From Acidobacteriota bacterium (lineage in GTDB: Bacteria > Acidobacteriota > UBA890 > WLXD01): a DNA stretch of 64,000 nt. Both the position numbers and the translations under genes were made by a program. This document shows positions 1 to 10,278 of this stretch, piece after piece; within the stretch, counting starts at the first letter, position 1, and each line of letters begins with the position of its first letter. The stretch spans positions 2,944,001 to 3,008,000 of the forward strand of contig CBDFKD010000002.1 in assembly GCA_965248695.1 (NCBI GenBank), written 5' to 3'. The notes under the pieces are model-generated. The model had not been told where the DNA came from. It was given only the letters and a program-made list of their open reading frames with translations, and did not search any database.

Positions 1-463
1 GCATTGACGCGATGACAGATTGTTCGGTGTACGGAGCTATGGTGGCGAACAGCGACACCGCCCAGAGGGGACGTAGCGAGCGTTCGAGTATCCAGAGCCA
101 TATATCGACCCGCGCCGAGACGTGCGTGTAGATGTCTTTGGGCAACAAGAAATTCAACAGGCCGGTCTTTCTCTCTCGACCTTCGGCGTTCTTCGAGCCA
201 TGACCGCGGCGAACGAAGAAAATCAGGCTGGCGACAAATACGATGAACAGGATCCTTCGCCAGTGGAGATCGCCGGGCACATTGGTTGACGTGATCTGCC
301 ACACGACGCTCGCGGCGCGCTGCGTGATATCGGTGAACGGGCCGAGGATCTGCCCGGCGCCTTCCGCCGCGCCAGTCTCGACGTCGACTTGCGGCGCGAA
401 TGCTCCCGAAGCGAACCAGAGCAGCAAACCCGCTATGAATAGCAAACCGACAGTACGGCGCAT
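1..463 (-). CDS. Membrane protein, probably the N-terminal part of a sterol desaturase/fatty acid hydroxylase family protein (runs off the window edge)
   Basis: Not in the ORF track. Manual translation from ATG 463 (GAGGT upstream): MRRTVGLLFIAGLLLWFASGAFA...ILFIVFVASLIFFV...FLLPKDIYTHVSARVDIWLWIL..., open to position 1. The FLxPKxIYxHxSARxD segment recalls the N-terminus of bacterial sterol desaturase-family proteins. His boxes would lie outside the window. Confidence 0.55.
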   Translation of the reverse strand, partial: MRRTVGLLFIAGLLLWFASGAFAPQVDVETGAAEGAGQILGPFTDITQRAASVVWQITSTNVPGDLHWRRILFIVFVASLIFFVRRGHGSKNAEGRERKTGLLNFLLPKDIYTHVSARVDIWLWILERSLRPLWAVSLFATIAPYTEQSVIASM

Positions 464-678
464 CACTACCTCTGAGGTTGGAATCGCATCGGGTCGAACG
501 CTAGCACGTAGCTCTGGCAGCAAGGAAGGGACCGCTCGCGGAAACGCCTCTAGCAGGCCGTGGTGGAAGTGTGGCGGGCCTGCGTTGGATCTCGCACCCT
601 CCAACGATAGGCTTCATGCGCTTCCCAACAGCCCGCCGCAAGTGCCGTGGATCCCGTGCAGCGATCGAGGAGAAGTTG

Positions 679-2007
679 ATGAGAGGAGCCCCATCGTCGC
701 GCCATAGAGCCCGCTTCGTCATCGGTTCTGTCCTGCTGTCGCTGTGTCTCGGGGCCCAATGGACCGCCGACAGGCGCGGCAGCGACAACATCGAGGTCGT
801 CGCTCACGTACCGCTGGGCGGCGACTCGGTGGCCGACATCGAGATCGAGCAGGACCTCGATCGTCCTTATGCGTACGTCAGCCGCGATGCCTTCAACGGT
901 AACGAGCGCGGCATGGACATCATCGACCTGCGCGATCCGGCAAAGGCGTCGGTGCTGTACCGCTGGCGAATCGAGGACCAGGATCTGCACATCGGCGGCG
1001 GCCTCGACGTCAAGTTGTTCGAATGGAACAACCGCCACTACGTGGTGCAGTCGTTCCAGTTCCGACAGGGGGGGCCGAACGCCGATCTCGGCGCCATCGT
1101 CTTCGACGTGACCGATCTACCGGACGTGTCGACGGTGCGCGAAGTCGGCCGCATTCGCGTCCCCGACACGCCGGGCGGCTTCCACAACATCTTCATCTAC
1201 AAGCACACCAACGGGCGAGTGCTTCTGTTCACCACCGCCAGCGCACCGCACTCGCTGGTCTTCGACCTCGGGTACATCATCGACGGTGTCGGAGGCGAGG
1301 GTGGACGGGATGCGCTGGTCGCCAGGGTTCCGGTAGGGATGCCCGGGGAGAGCATCCTGCGGGGGTACCACGACATGTACGTCGGCTACCACCCGGACAC
1401 CTCCCAGGATCGTTTCTACGGCGGCGGCACCGGCGGCTACTACGTGTACAACGTCACCGACCTGGAGAATCCGACGCTGGAGGTCTCGCTGACAGGCATC
1501 GACGGTGTGCAGTTCGGCCACACGTTCACACCTTCACCGGACGGTCGCTACGTCATCGCCGAGACCGAGTATCAGTACGCACCCCTGCGCATCTTCGATC
1601 TCCAGCCGGCACTCGACGGGGAAGCTCAGAACATTCGCGAACCGATCTCCGCCTGGACCGCCGACTGGCGTCACCTGGTGCACAACCACGAGGTCCGCTG
1701 GCCGTACGTCTTCGTTTCCGGCTACGTCGACGGTCTGCAGGTGTTCACGCTGTCCGACCCGCACGACCCACAGACGATCGCCTGGTACGACACCTACCTG
1801 CCGAAGGTAGGCAGCGACAACTCCCGCATCGTCTGGGGCGCGTTCGGCGTCGACGTGCGCAATGCCGACGGGTTGATCGTCGTTTCCGATGCCTATTCCG
1901 GTTTCTGGGCCTTCCGCATGGAGGGTTTCAGCGGCTGGAACGGCAACGATTGGGGGGTGCCGGACATCTCCAGCGTGCAGAAATGGGACACGGGACCAGC
2001 CCAATGA
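679..2007 (+). CDS. Secreted LVIVD-repeat (choice-of-anchor B-like) beta-propeller protein, paralog 1
   Basis: Signal peptide (VLLSLCLGA-Q). Repeated YAYV/GMDIIDL/LRIFDL/GLQVF units and His motifs GFHN, YHD, GHT, VHN. Start placed at ATG 679 after GAGGAG. Confidence 0.75.
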   Translation: MRGAPSSRHRARFVIGSVLLSLCLGAQWTADRRGSDNIEVVAHVPLGGDSVADIEIEQDLDRPYAYVSRDAFNGNERGMDIIDLRDPAKASVLYRWRIEDQDLHIGGGLDVKLFEWNNRHYVVQSFQFRQGGPNADLGAIVFDVTDLPDVSTVREVGRIRVPDTPGGFHNIFIYKHTNGRVLLFTTASAPHSLVFDLGYIIDGVGGEGGRDALVARVPVGMPGESILRGYHDMYVGYHPDTSQDRFYGGGTGGYYVYNVTDLENPTLEVSLTGIDGVQFGHTFTPSPDGRYVIAETEYQYAPLRIFDLQPALDGEAQNIREPISAWTADWRHLVHNHEVRWPYVFVSGYVDGLQVFTLSDPHDPQTIAWYDTYLPKVGSDNSRIVWGAFGVDVRNADGLIVVSDAYSGFWAFRMEGFSGWNGNDWGVPDISSVQKWDTGPAQ

Positions 2008-2025
2008 GGTGCTCGCTACTTCGCG

Positions 2026-2646
2026 CTACTTGCCGCGCCGGCGGCGAACGCGCATGCCGTCCAGGACGGTTCGGGTCGTCTGCTGAATAAGCGCCTCGAT
2101 GTCGTCGCCAGGCTGGGTCTGTCCTTCGAGCACCAGAGACGCCAGCCCGTGCACCGCGCTCCAGGCGACGTAGGCCTGCGCTCGGGGATCCTGACGTTTG
2201 ATCGCGCCGCTGCGCTGGTGCGCCCGGATCACGCCCACCAGTTCTTCGAAAAGACCGCTTGCGGCCTCCTGTAGCTCGGGGACGTCCTCGCGAATGAGCG
2301 CCTCCTTGCCGTACATGAGGCGGTAGTGCGCCGGATTCTCCAGGGCGAAGCGGACGTACTCCTCACCCATCCGCCGGAACTGTTCGACGCTGGATCGCGG
2401 TGCGCCCGCCTGGATGCTCTGCACGCGCTCCTTGAGGCGTGTGAACCCGGCCGCGGCAACCGCGACCAGAAGCGCATTCTTGTCCGCGAAGTGACGGTAT
2501 GCGGCGGCCCGAGACACGCCCAGGCGAGCGCCGATCGCGCGCATCGTCACACTGGCCGCACCGCCTTCGGTAATCATGGCCGCCGCTTCCGCAAGCAGCG
2601 CCGCTCGAAGGTCGCCATGGTGGTACGCGCCGGTCCGGTCGGTCAT
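2026..2646 (-). CDS. TetR/AcrR family transcriptional regulator (WHG-type C-terminus)
   Basis: YHHGDLR N-terminus, HTH (MRAIGARLGVSRAAAYRHF), WSAVHGLASL. Confidence 0.92.
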   Translation of the reverse strand: MTDRTGAYHHGDLRAALLAEAAAMITEGGAASVTMRAIGARLGVSRAAAYRHFADKNALLVAVAAAGFTRLKERVQSIQAGAPRSSVEQFRRMGEEYVRFALENPAHYRLMYGKEALIREDVPELQEAASGLFEELVGVIRAHQRSGAIKRQDPRAQAYVAWSAVHGLASLVLEGQTQPGDDIEALIQQTTRTVLDGMRVRRRRGK

Positions 2647-2707
2647 GCGTCGGTCCCGACAATGCCAACGGCATCCACATCTGAGCCATTTTGATCGCTG
2701 TGTTGAT

Positions 2708-4561
2708 TCACGTTGCCGGTCTCTGATCAGCTTTCACGATTGACTGCATGTACAGCGTCTCCTGCAGAGCAAGGAGATACCTCGCAACCTCGGGATCGGG
2801 CGAATCTACGACAATCCTGATAACCCCTGTCTCAGTCTTGGACATCCTGAACCAGATGAAGTGCTGCCGGCCGCTAGTATCAGTCAACAAGACCTTAAAA
2901 CCGCCGGTGTTCGTCTTTCTGCTGTTCCTACCGCGCAGGAGCTCCGTTTCCTCGTAGTTAAGGAACTCGTGCGTCGCGAATTCCAGTCCGCCGAGGCCCT
3001 TGAGGCTGAAATGATCCCCAGCGCGTTGCTTGGCGGCAATGAAGAACTCTTCGAAAGCCTGCTTGATGACACCTTGAGAAGCCTCGCCGGTGCCGGCCTT
3101 CAAGTCGCTCTGAATCGTGCTGAACGCCGGAGAAGCTGCCAAAATGCTCGGCAGCAGCGGGGACCCGGATCCAATCTGGAGCTCGAACCGTCGCCGCAGT
3201 TCGCCGGCGAGTGCCGAGTTCGCCAACATCAGGATCGCTAGCAGCCCTGTCAGGGTGCCATCCCGGACCTGGCTGCCAAAGAAGACCGCACCACCGTTAG
3301 AACCCTCAACGCCGATGGGCGCGAAGAAACCCTGACGGTTCAATTCGGACATGCGACGCACGACGTTGACTTCACCGGTTTCAACCCCGACGGTCTGGGC
3401 TCCGAATATCGAAGCTACAGCGTCCACGCGGCCGCTGGTTGCCCCGTGCGCTACTACCGCCAATTGGCTACCACCCACCTCGGGATATCGATCAGGATGC
3501 GACATTACCCAGGCGAGCATCCCGGCAACGTTGAGCTTCGCGACGTCCTGAGGATGCAGCGCACCTACGTTGCCGGCCACGTTCGTGGCGACGAGGTTGC
3601 CGCGGTCTCCATCTGCATCGAGAACAACCCCGAAGTCGGCGCCGGACGCGTCGACCGTCCGGATAGCATCCGCCAGTCCATCGGCAACCGGTTCGATCCG
3701 ATGGACGAATCTCCCCGGCCTGGTGTTGATGGCGACAACCTCGATGAAGTCGTCGAGGATCGCGGGCACGATCTCTGAGGCACCGCCGCCATTCGTGTCG
3801 ACTACGATCCTGCGTTCCATTTTCCGATTGGTGGCGCGAATCTCCCGGACGTCTTGCTCGGACAGTCTGAAAATGTTCCGTGTCTCTTGCCGGTAGCCCT
3901 CCAGCTCGGATCGGACGGGTGCGGTGGGGCCGCGGTACGCGTTGGCCCGCTCGGCCAGCTGCAACCGGCCTGCGCCAATCTGGCGAAGCCGTTGTCTGGC
4001 TGCTCCAATCACCGTCCCCATCTTTGAGCCGTTCAGGACGCCGCCCCGGTCATTCGTGCTGTTGCACTCCGGCTCGTGCTTGCCGGTCAGGTACTTGATG
4101 CCGTTGTCTGATACCGGATTGTGCGACCCGGTGACCATCGCCCCACCATCCGCTCCCAGGGTCCGTACGGCCGATTGCAACGCCGGTGTGGTCGTTACGC
4201 CGAGATCGATCAGTTCCGTCTCGATCGCCGCATCATCTCCCGCGAGCTTGAAGCCGATTTGTTGGAGATGCAGCAGAGCGGGACTTGTCGGGCGGGGATC
4301 CCGACCGAGAACGAACCTGAATCGGTTCTGTTTCCGACCCGTTCGCCGCCAGCGCTCGATGACATTCTCCACGTAGCTGTAGGCGTAGGCCAGGGCGACG
4401 ACCTTTGCCTCGTCGGAAATTTGCGCACACTCTCCGAAGTGTCCACGCACTCCTGAATAGGAGGCCACGAACTGCAGGGGTGGCTCATCCGCACACGTAA
4501 CGGTCGCGCGATCGAGGGTCGCCGTATCAATGAGCATGTCGGCAGAGCGCGATTGGCTCAC
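2708..4561 (-). CDS. Alpha-D-phosphohexomutase (phosphoglucosamine/phosphomannomutase-like)
   Basis: GRDPRPTS, catalytic TGSHNP, metal loop DADGDR, sugar loop GVEGSNGG, C-terminal RMSKTE. Confidence 0.85.
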   Translation of the reverse strand: MSQSRSADMLIDTATLDRATVTCADEPPLQFVASYSGVRGHFGECAQISDEAKVVALAYAYSYVENVIERWRRTGRKQNRFRFVLGRDPRPTSPALLHLQQIGFKLAGDDAAIETELIDLGVTTTPALQSAVRTLGADGGAMVTGSHNPVSDNGIKYLTGKHEPECNSTNDRGGVLNGSKMGTVIGAARQRLRQIGAGRLQLAERANAYRGPTAPVRSELEGYRQETRNIFRLSEQDVREIRATNRKMERRIVVDTNGGGASEIVPAILDDFIEVVAINTRPGRFVHRIEPVADGLADAIRTVDASGADFGVVLDADGDRGNLVATNVAGNVGALHPQDVAKLNVAGMLAWVMSHPDRYPEVGGSQLAVVAHGATSGRVDAVASIFGAQTVGVETGEVNVVRRMSELNRQGFFAPIGVEGSNGGAVFFGSQVRDGTLTGLLAILMLANSALAGELRRRFELQIGSGSPLLPSILAASPAFSTIQSDLKAGTGEASQGVIKQAFEEFFIAAKQRAGDHFSLKGLGGLEFATHEFLNYEETELLRGRNSRKTNTGGFKVLLTDTSGRQHFIWFRMSKTETGVIRIVVDSPDPEVARYLLALQETLYMQSIVKADQRPAT

Positions 4562-4582
4562 AGACCCGCCTTCACACTGCCG

Positions 4583-5371
4583 CTAGGCTTCCTGCTTTTG
4601 CCAATCGGGCCTGCCATCGTAAACCCACCGGTAGTAGTCCGTGTTGCGCAGCTTCGACGCGGCCGTCTCGTCCAGAATGAGCCGGGTGTGCGGGTGAAGC
4701 TGCAGGATCGATGCCGGCACCGAGGCTGTGATCGGACCCTCGACGGCTCCCGCAACGGCCTCTGCTTTCGACTCACCGAAGGCCAGTAGGAGGCACTGCC
4801 GAGCCTCCATTATGGTGCCGATACCCATCGTAACGACGTGCGTGGGCACTTCTGCGGAGTCGCCGAAGAAGCGACTATTGTCCTCGATCGTCTGCCGGGT
4901 GAGCGTCTTGATGCGCGTCCTGGACGCTAGCGACGAGGAGGGCTCGTTGAATCCGATGTGGCCGTCCCGGCCGATTCCGAGTATCTGCAGGTCAATCCCT
5001 CCGGCTTCGTGGATGCGCTTCTCATACTCCTCGCAGGCTCGGGGCAGGTCAGCCGTAAGCCCGTCCGGAACATGGGTCGATGCCTTCGCCAGATTCACGC
5101 GACTGAACAGAGAGTCCTGCATGACGCTGCGGTATGACGCCGGATGTTCGGACTGCAGGCCGACGTATTCGTCCAGATTGAAAGTGGATACCTGAGCCAG
5201 GTCGAGGCCCTCCTCGTTGTGCATCCGTACGAGCTCTCCGTACAGAAGCATCGGCGTCGCTCCTGTAGCCAGACCCAGCACTGCATGCGGTTTCTGGCGA
5301 ATGAGGCGCGCCACGATGTGTCCGGCCAGGCGGCTGGATGTTTCGGGATCGGGTTGAATGATGACTTCCAT
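4583..5371 (-). CDS. nagB: Glucosamine-6-phosphate deaminase
   Basis: LGLATGATP, TFNLDEYVGL, ILGIGRDGHIGFNEP, TMGIGTI, PASILQLH. Confidence 0.95.
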   Translation of the reverse strand: MEVIIQPDPETSSRLAGHIVARLIRQKPHAVLGLATGATPMLLYGELVRMHNEEGLDLAQVSTFNLDEYVGLQSEHPASYRSVMQDSLFSRVNLAKASTHVPDGLTADLPRACEEYEKRIHEAGGIDLQILGIGRDGHIGFNEPSSSLASRTRIKTLTRQTIEDNSRFFGDSAEVPTHVVTMGIGTIMEARQCLLLAFGESKAEAVAGAVEGPITASVPASILQLHPHTRLILDETAASKLRNTDYYRWVYDGRPDWQKQEA

Positions 5372-5377
5372 AATCGA

Positions 5378-6286
5378 TCAGCTTCCCGAGGCCTGTTCCA
5401 AGCGCTGGCGGACGTCTCTACTGAATCGATCCAGGTGACCCTCAACGAATTCCAGGAGCCCGAGTGAATCGTCACGCACTAGCGGGGTCAGGTCCATTGC
5501 GAACGACACCTGTCGACAATGATCGGTTTGGTGCGACTCCAGGTAGGTAGCATTGGCTAGGCGCCTACCAATGCTGGCCAGGTCATAGCGCTTGCCGCCA
5601 GCGATCTGCGAATCGAATACCGCCAGCAAGGCCACGGCGAGGCTCTCGTGTGCGCTGACGTCGAAGACCACCTTGTCGTCGCCCACCAGCCACTCCAGTC
5701 CTCGCCAGACCTCGCAGCCATAGACGGCCTCGGGTCGGTTCGAGAGTGGTAGGGTACGCACCGCTTCGATCAGCCCCGAAAGAACATGGATATGGGTTGT
5801 ATGTTCGTCCGCAGGATTGTGGGTGTAAACGACCCGCGGATTCATTTGCGCCAGCAGCCAAGCCAGATCCTCGACCAGGCCGGAGTTGTTGGGCACCTCG
5901 ATCGCCTTGCTCGCGTAATCAAGCTGGACCTGCACACCGTAGCGACCCACGAGCGCTGCCGCCTCCTGCTCGCGCTGCCGAACGATCCTCATCCCCTCGT
6001 TGCTGAGGGCGCAGTAGGGACCTGATCGAGCACAACCGGCGCCGTCCGTACACGTGATTCCGCCAAACCAGAGGGCTGGCGCGTGGAGACACTCGGCGAT
6101 TCCGTGATAGGCCATGATCTCCAGATCGTCCGGATGGGCGCCGACTCCCAGATGGGTGACTCGCTGCAAAGCCGATTCTCGATCGATCCCATCAGGGATC
6201 AGAATCGACGCGCCAGGCTGACTGAGTGCCACTCGATCTCCCTTCCTCGCACCGATCGTGGACGGGTGACGAGGACGTGCCTCCAA
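5378..6286 (-). CDS. PIG-L/LmbE family Zn-dependent de-N-acetylase
   Basis: GAHPDDLE motif, R-x-x-E, THNPADEHTTH. Ends 6 nt before nagB. Start uncertain. Confidence 0.85.
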   Translation of the reverse strand: MEARPRHPSTIGARKGDRVALSQPGASILIPDGIDRESALQRVTHLGVGAHPDDLEIMAYHGIAECLHAPALWFGGITCTDGAGCARSGPYCALSNEGMRIVRQREQEAAALVGRYGVQVQLDYASKAIEVPNNSGLVEDLAWLLAQMNPRVVYTHNPADEHTTHIHVLSGLIEAVRTLPLSNRPEAVYGCEVWRGLEWLVGDDKVVFDVSAHESLAVALLAVFDSQIAGGKRYDLASIGRRLANATYLESHQTDHCRQVSFAMDLTPLVRDDSLGLLEFVEGHLDRFSRDVRQRLEQASGS

Positions 6287-6460
6287 CTGTTCGAGCCAAC
6301 TTCGTAACCCATAGTATCGGTGCTTAAAAGAGGTCGTTAGGGCCCCGGACAGCCCAGCGGTGGCAGTGGAGTACGGCTTGCGACTCGGCTAGGCTGGAGC
6401 TCCGCTTCGGCCGGTTGTCGAGTCTCCTGACTACCAACCTCGGACCCCCGCGGAGAACGC

Positions 6461-9400
6461 ATGAGGCTCATCAAAGTTCTGCTGACCGTGACCCTCGTCG
6501 GCGCGTTGTCGCCGAACCTGGCGCCGACAACAGCGGACGCTCAGCATCAGTGGCTCGGCACAGCCGAGTTCCCCAACTCCGGCGCAGCCTCCGCGGGCGT
6601 CCATCCGGCCTCCGGCGACGAGCATCAAACACACGAGCCACGGCTGTTCCAGGCGCTGCAATTCCGCCATGTAGGCCCGTTTCGAGGCGGGCGATCGACC
6701 GCCGTCGCCGGGGTCCCTGACGAGATCTTCACGTACTACATGGGGTCGACGGGCGGCGGCGTGTGGAAGACGACCGACGCCGGCCAGTCGTGGAGGAGCG
6801 TGTCGGATGGCTACTTCGCGGCCGGCTCCATCGGAGCGATCGCCGTAGCCGACTCGGACTCGAGCGTCGTCTACGTGGGCACCGGCTCTGCCTGCCCGCG
6901 AGGCAATATTTCGCCCGGCATCGGCATGTACAAATCCACCGACGCGGGCACCTCCTGGTCGCATATCGGCCTGCGCGACGCCGGTCAGATCGGCAAGCTC
7001 GCGGTCCACCCCGACAATCCGGACCTGGTCTACGTGGCCGCCCTGGGTCACATCTTCGGTCCCAACGAACAGCGCGGCGTGTTCCGTTCCAACGACGGCG
7101 GCGGCAGCTGGGAAAAGGTCCTGTTCCTGAACGACGAGACGGGCGCCGTCGACATCAAGATGGACGCCAACGACCCGAACGTGCTGTACGCGGCGTTCTG
7201 GCGGGCGGAGCGCAAGCCCTGGACGCTGATCTCAGGCGGGCCCGAGGGCGGCGTCTACAAGACCACCGATGGCGGTGACACGTGGGCGAAGCTCACCGAG
7301 GGCCTGCCGGTGGGTCTGACCGGCAAGATCGGTGTCGCCGTCTCCCCCACCGACTCTGACCGCGTGTGGGCCATCATCGAGGGGGAGCGCTCTGATTCCG
7401 GGTACGAGCGCGATGAGACCGGGCTGTATCGATCCGACGACGCCGGCGCCACATGGTCGTTGATCAACAATCATCCCGATCTGCACCAGCGACCCTGGTA
7501 CTACCACCATCTGGTGGCCGATCCCCAGGACGCCGACACCCTCTACCACGTCGGCGACAGCTTCTGGAAATCGACCGACGCCGGCGAGACCTTCACGACC
7601 ATCGCCCCTACCCACAGCGACAACCACGATCTGTGGGTCAATCCTAATGACCCACAACTGATGATCGAGGCTAACGACGGTGGCGCCTCGGTGAGCGTCA
7701 ACGGCGGCGAGACGTGGTCGTCTCTGCTCAACCAGCCGACCGCCGAGCTCTACCGGCTGGCGGTCGCCGAGCAGTTTCTGTACCGGCTGTACGCCGGCCA
7801 GCAGGACTATTCCACCATCTCGGTGCCGAGTCAGGTTCCGTACGCCAGCGGCATCACGCTGCAGCACTGGCGCGTTGTCGGCGGCGGTGAGATGGGCCCG
7901 GTGGCCGTCGATCCACGCAACGCCGATGTCGTGTACGCCGGCGGCAACATCAGCCGCGTGGACCGCAGCATCGACCGCATACGGCCCATCATGCCGTACC
8001 CGCAGTACTGGTCCGGCGTACCTCCAGCGAAGCTCCGCTACCGCTTCCATTCCCACGCACCGATCATCCTGTCGCCTCACGACCCGGACGTCGTGTATAC
8101 GGCGTCGCAGTTCGTGCACCGTTCCGGCGATGGCGGTCAGAGCTGGGAGGTCGTGAGCCCCGATCTGAGCCGCGGCGATCCCCTCAACGAGACCGCCTCC
8201 GGTGCTCCGCTGACGCATGACATAACCAGCGTGGAGTACTACGGCACGGTGTCGGATCTGCGCGAATCGGCTGTGACACCGGGATTGCTGTGGGCCGGCA
8301 CCAATGACGGGTTGTTGCACCTGTCGCGGGACGACGGCCTCAGCTGGACCGACATCACGCCGCCGCAGATGCCCAAAGGTGGCAACGTCACCACCATCGA
8401 CCCGTCGGCGCACGATCCCGGTCGCGCTGTCGTGGCGGTGCATCGCTACCTGCTGGACGATTTTCGACCGTACATCTTCCGCACCGACGACTACGGCGCT
8501 ACCTGGGCCACGATTTCGGACGGAAACGGCATCCCAGACGATCACTTCGTGCGCGTAGCGCGCGAGGATCCGCACCGACGCGGGCTCCTGTATGCGGGCA
8601 CCGAGTTCGGGTTGTTCGTATCGTTCGACGACGGCGGCCGCTGGCAGTCTCTGCAGCTAAACCTGCCGGTCACTCCGGTATCCGACCTGCGCGTGCACCG
8701 ACTCGACCTCGTCGTGTCGACACAGGGCCGTGGGTTCTGGATTCTCGACGACGTCACCCCGCTGCACCAGCTCAGTGGCGCCGTGGCGGCAGCCGACGCG
8801 CACCTGTTCAAGCCACGCGACATCCACCGGATCGAGGGCGGCCGCGGGCAGAATTCGTGGAGCAGCTACGTCACTCGCGATCGTCTTCTGGGCGCTCAGA
8901 TCGAGACCCATCGTGTGGGCGAGAACCCGCCTCCCGGGCTGCTGATCTTCTACACATTGCAACAGGCGGCGCCGGGCGAGGTGCGGCTAGAGATCCTCGA
9001 TAGCGCCGGCGGGCCAGTGCGGTCGTTCTCCAGCAGCGTCGCGGCCGATGGGGTGACCGCCGAGCCCGGGATGAACGTCTTCGTGTGGGACCTGGCCTAT
9101 CCGGGTGCCGACATCATCGTCCCGAGTCGCCTGGACGGCACCACGGCGGGGCCGCGCGCCGTACCCGGGCGCTATCAAGTACGACTGACCGTGGGCGCAC
9201 GAAGCTCGACCCAGGAGTTCCGGGTGCTGATCGACCCGCGCTCGCCATCCAGCCACCAAGACCTGCAGGAGCAATTCGACTTCCTGATCGCGGCACGCGA
9301 CAAGGTCACCGAGACACACGAGGCGGTGCGCACGATTCACGAGCTGCGCCGAAGAGTCGACGAGATCGACGCTCGGATAGCGGCGGCCGGCGAGTCGGCG

Positions 9401-9754
9401 GCAAATACCCCAGCCGCGGCGGATCAGCCGCAGGCTGCGCTTCGCAACCAGCTGGCAGAGGCCTCGGCGTCGATCGCGGCCGAGCTCGACGCGCTCGAGG
9501 ACGAGCTGCGTCAGAAGCGCGCCAAGGCCTATCAGGACACCGCCAACTTCGAGCCCTTGATCGACGACCAGTTCGCCTGGCTCGCCAGCCACGTCAGATC
9601 GGCAGATACCCGACCCACCGACGCGGCTGTCGATCGTTTCCGCGATCTGGAAGCGCTGCTGGCCAGGAGCCTCGATCGACTCAACGAGATCCTGCAGTCC
9701 GACATGCCGCTCTTCGAAGAGCTACTGAACAGCTGGGAGAGTCGTCGCAACTAG
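6461..9754 (+). CDS. Secreted VPS10/BNR (Asp-box) repeat glycosyl-hydrolase-like protein
   Basis: Signal peptide, FRHVGPFRGGR, many S/TxDxGxS/TW Asp-boxes, C-terminal Ig-like region and coiled coil. Confidence 0.88.
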   Translation: MRLIKVLLTVTLVGALSPNLAPTTADAQHQWLGTAEFPNSGAASAGVHPASGDEHQTHEPRLFQALQFRHVGPFRGGRSTAVAGVPDEIFTYYMGSTGGGVWKTTDAGQSWRSVSDGYFAAGSIGAIAVADSDSSVVYVGTGSACPRGNISPGIGMYKSTDAGTSWSHIGLRDAGQIGKLAVHPDNPDLVYVAALGHIFGPNEQRGVFRSNDGGGSWEKVLFLNDETGAVDIKMDANDPNVLYAAFWRAERKPWTLISGGPEGGVYKTTDGGDTWAKLTEGLPVGLTGKIGVAVSPTDSDRVWAIIEGERSDSGYERDETGLYRSDDAGATWSLINNHPDLHQRPWYYHHLVADPQDADTLYHVGDSFWKSTDAGETFTTIAPTHSDNHDLWVNPNDPQLMIEANDGGASVSVNGGETWSSLLNQPTAELYRLAVAEQFLYRLYAGQQDYSTISVPSQVPYASGITLQHWRVVGGGEMGPVAVDPRNADVVYAGGNISRVDRSIDRIRPIMPYPQYWSGVPPAKLRYRFHSHAPIILSPHDPDVVYTASQFVHRSGDGGQSWEVVSPDLSRGDPLNETASGAPLTHDITSVEYYGTVSDLRESAVTPGLLWAGTNDGLLHLSRDDGLSWTDITPPQMPKGGNVTTIDPSAHDPGRAVVAVHRYLLDDFRPYIFRTDDYGATWATISDGNGIPDDHFVRVAREDPHRRGLLYAGTEFGLFVSFDDGGRWQSLQLNLPVTPVSDLRVHRLDLVVSTQGRGFWILDDVTPLHQLSGAVAAADAHLFKPRDIHRIEGGRGQNSWSSYVTRDRLLGAQIETHRVGENPPPGLLIFYTLQQAAPGEVRLEILDSAGGPVRSFSSSVAADGVTAEPGMNVFVWDLAYPGADIIVPSRLDGTTAGPRAVPGRYQVRLTVGARSSTQEFRVLIDPRSPSSHQDLQEQFDFLIAARDKVTETHEAVRTIHELRRRVDEIDARIAAAGESAANTPAAADQPQAALRNQLAEASASIAAELDALEDELRQKRAKAYQDTANFEPLIDDQFAWLASHVRSADTRPTDAAVDRFRDLEALLARSLDRLNEILQSDMPLFEELLNSWESRRN

Positions 9755-9814
9755 CGTCGCACCGTCGCCGCCGGTGCGACCAGGCAGCCTCTGTAGCCGC
9801 GCCGTTTCTGTGAG

Positions 9815-10233
9815 TCAGGCCTCGTCGATACGTTGCAGATACGGTCCTTCGCGCGGCTCGTCCTCGACCGGCAGGCCGGCGCCGAGCGCTCAGCGATGCA
9901 ACCAGGAGAGACCGACACGGCCGACGTAGCCGTCGGTGAGTTGGTAGGCACCGTCGGCCAGAGCCTCCTTCAACGTGACGAACGCGTAGCCACGATTCTC
10001 GAGTATGTCGAGTAGCGCCCATCGCGCATATGCTGTCGCTGTGGCTTGAGGCAGACCGCTCCAGGCCCTCCAACAGCCGTCGCGTCGCCCGTTCGACGGG
10101 GGCGGCAACGCAGGTTCGACCGGGCACCTTGAACCCGGGCAAGTCGTCGAAGGTCAGGGCGACCGCGCGCGGCGTCACAGGTGCCTCCACCGGCGCGCGG
10201 GAGACCACAACGGAGCTCGGCCCGGACCCGCAA
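9815..10233 (-). pseudogene. Polysaccharide deacetylase remnant (internal deletion, frame change, Trp-to-stop)
   Basis: N-terminal VALTFDDLP in one frame. C-terminal LENRGYAFVTLKEALADGAY..DGYVG..GLSWLHR*ALGAG in another frame, only about 130 nt away. The catalytic core is missing. 5' boundary approximate. Confidence 0.7.
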
Positions 10234-10278
10234 GGAGCGCGGCGATCCCCAAAGCAGCGCGGCGGGCGCGCAGTTCGA

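Noticed and set aside
9890-9892. In-frame TGA in the deacetylase remnant as selenocysteine
   Set aside because: It sits at an expected Trp (SWLHR-W-A), not a Cys motif, in a gene already deleted and frameshifted. A TGG-to-TGA nonsense change is simpler.
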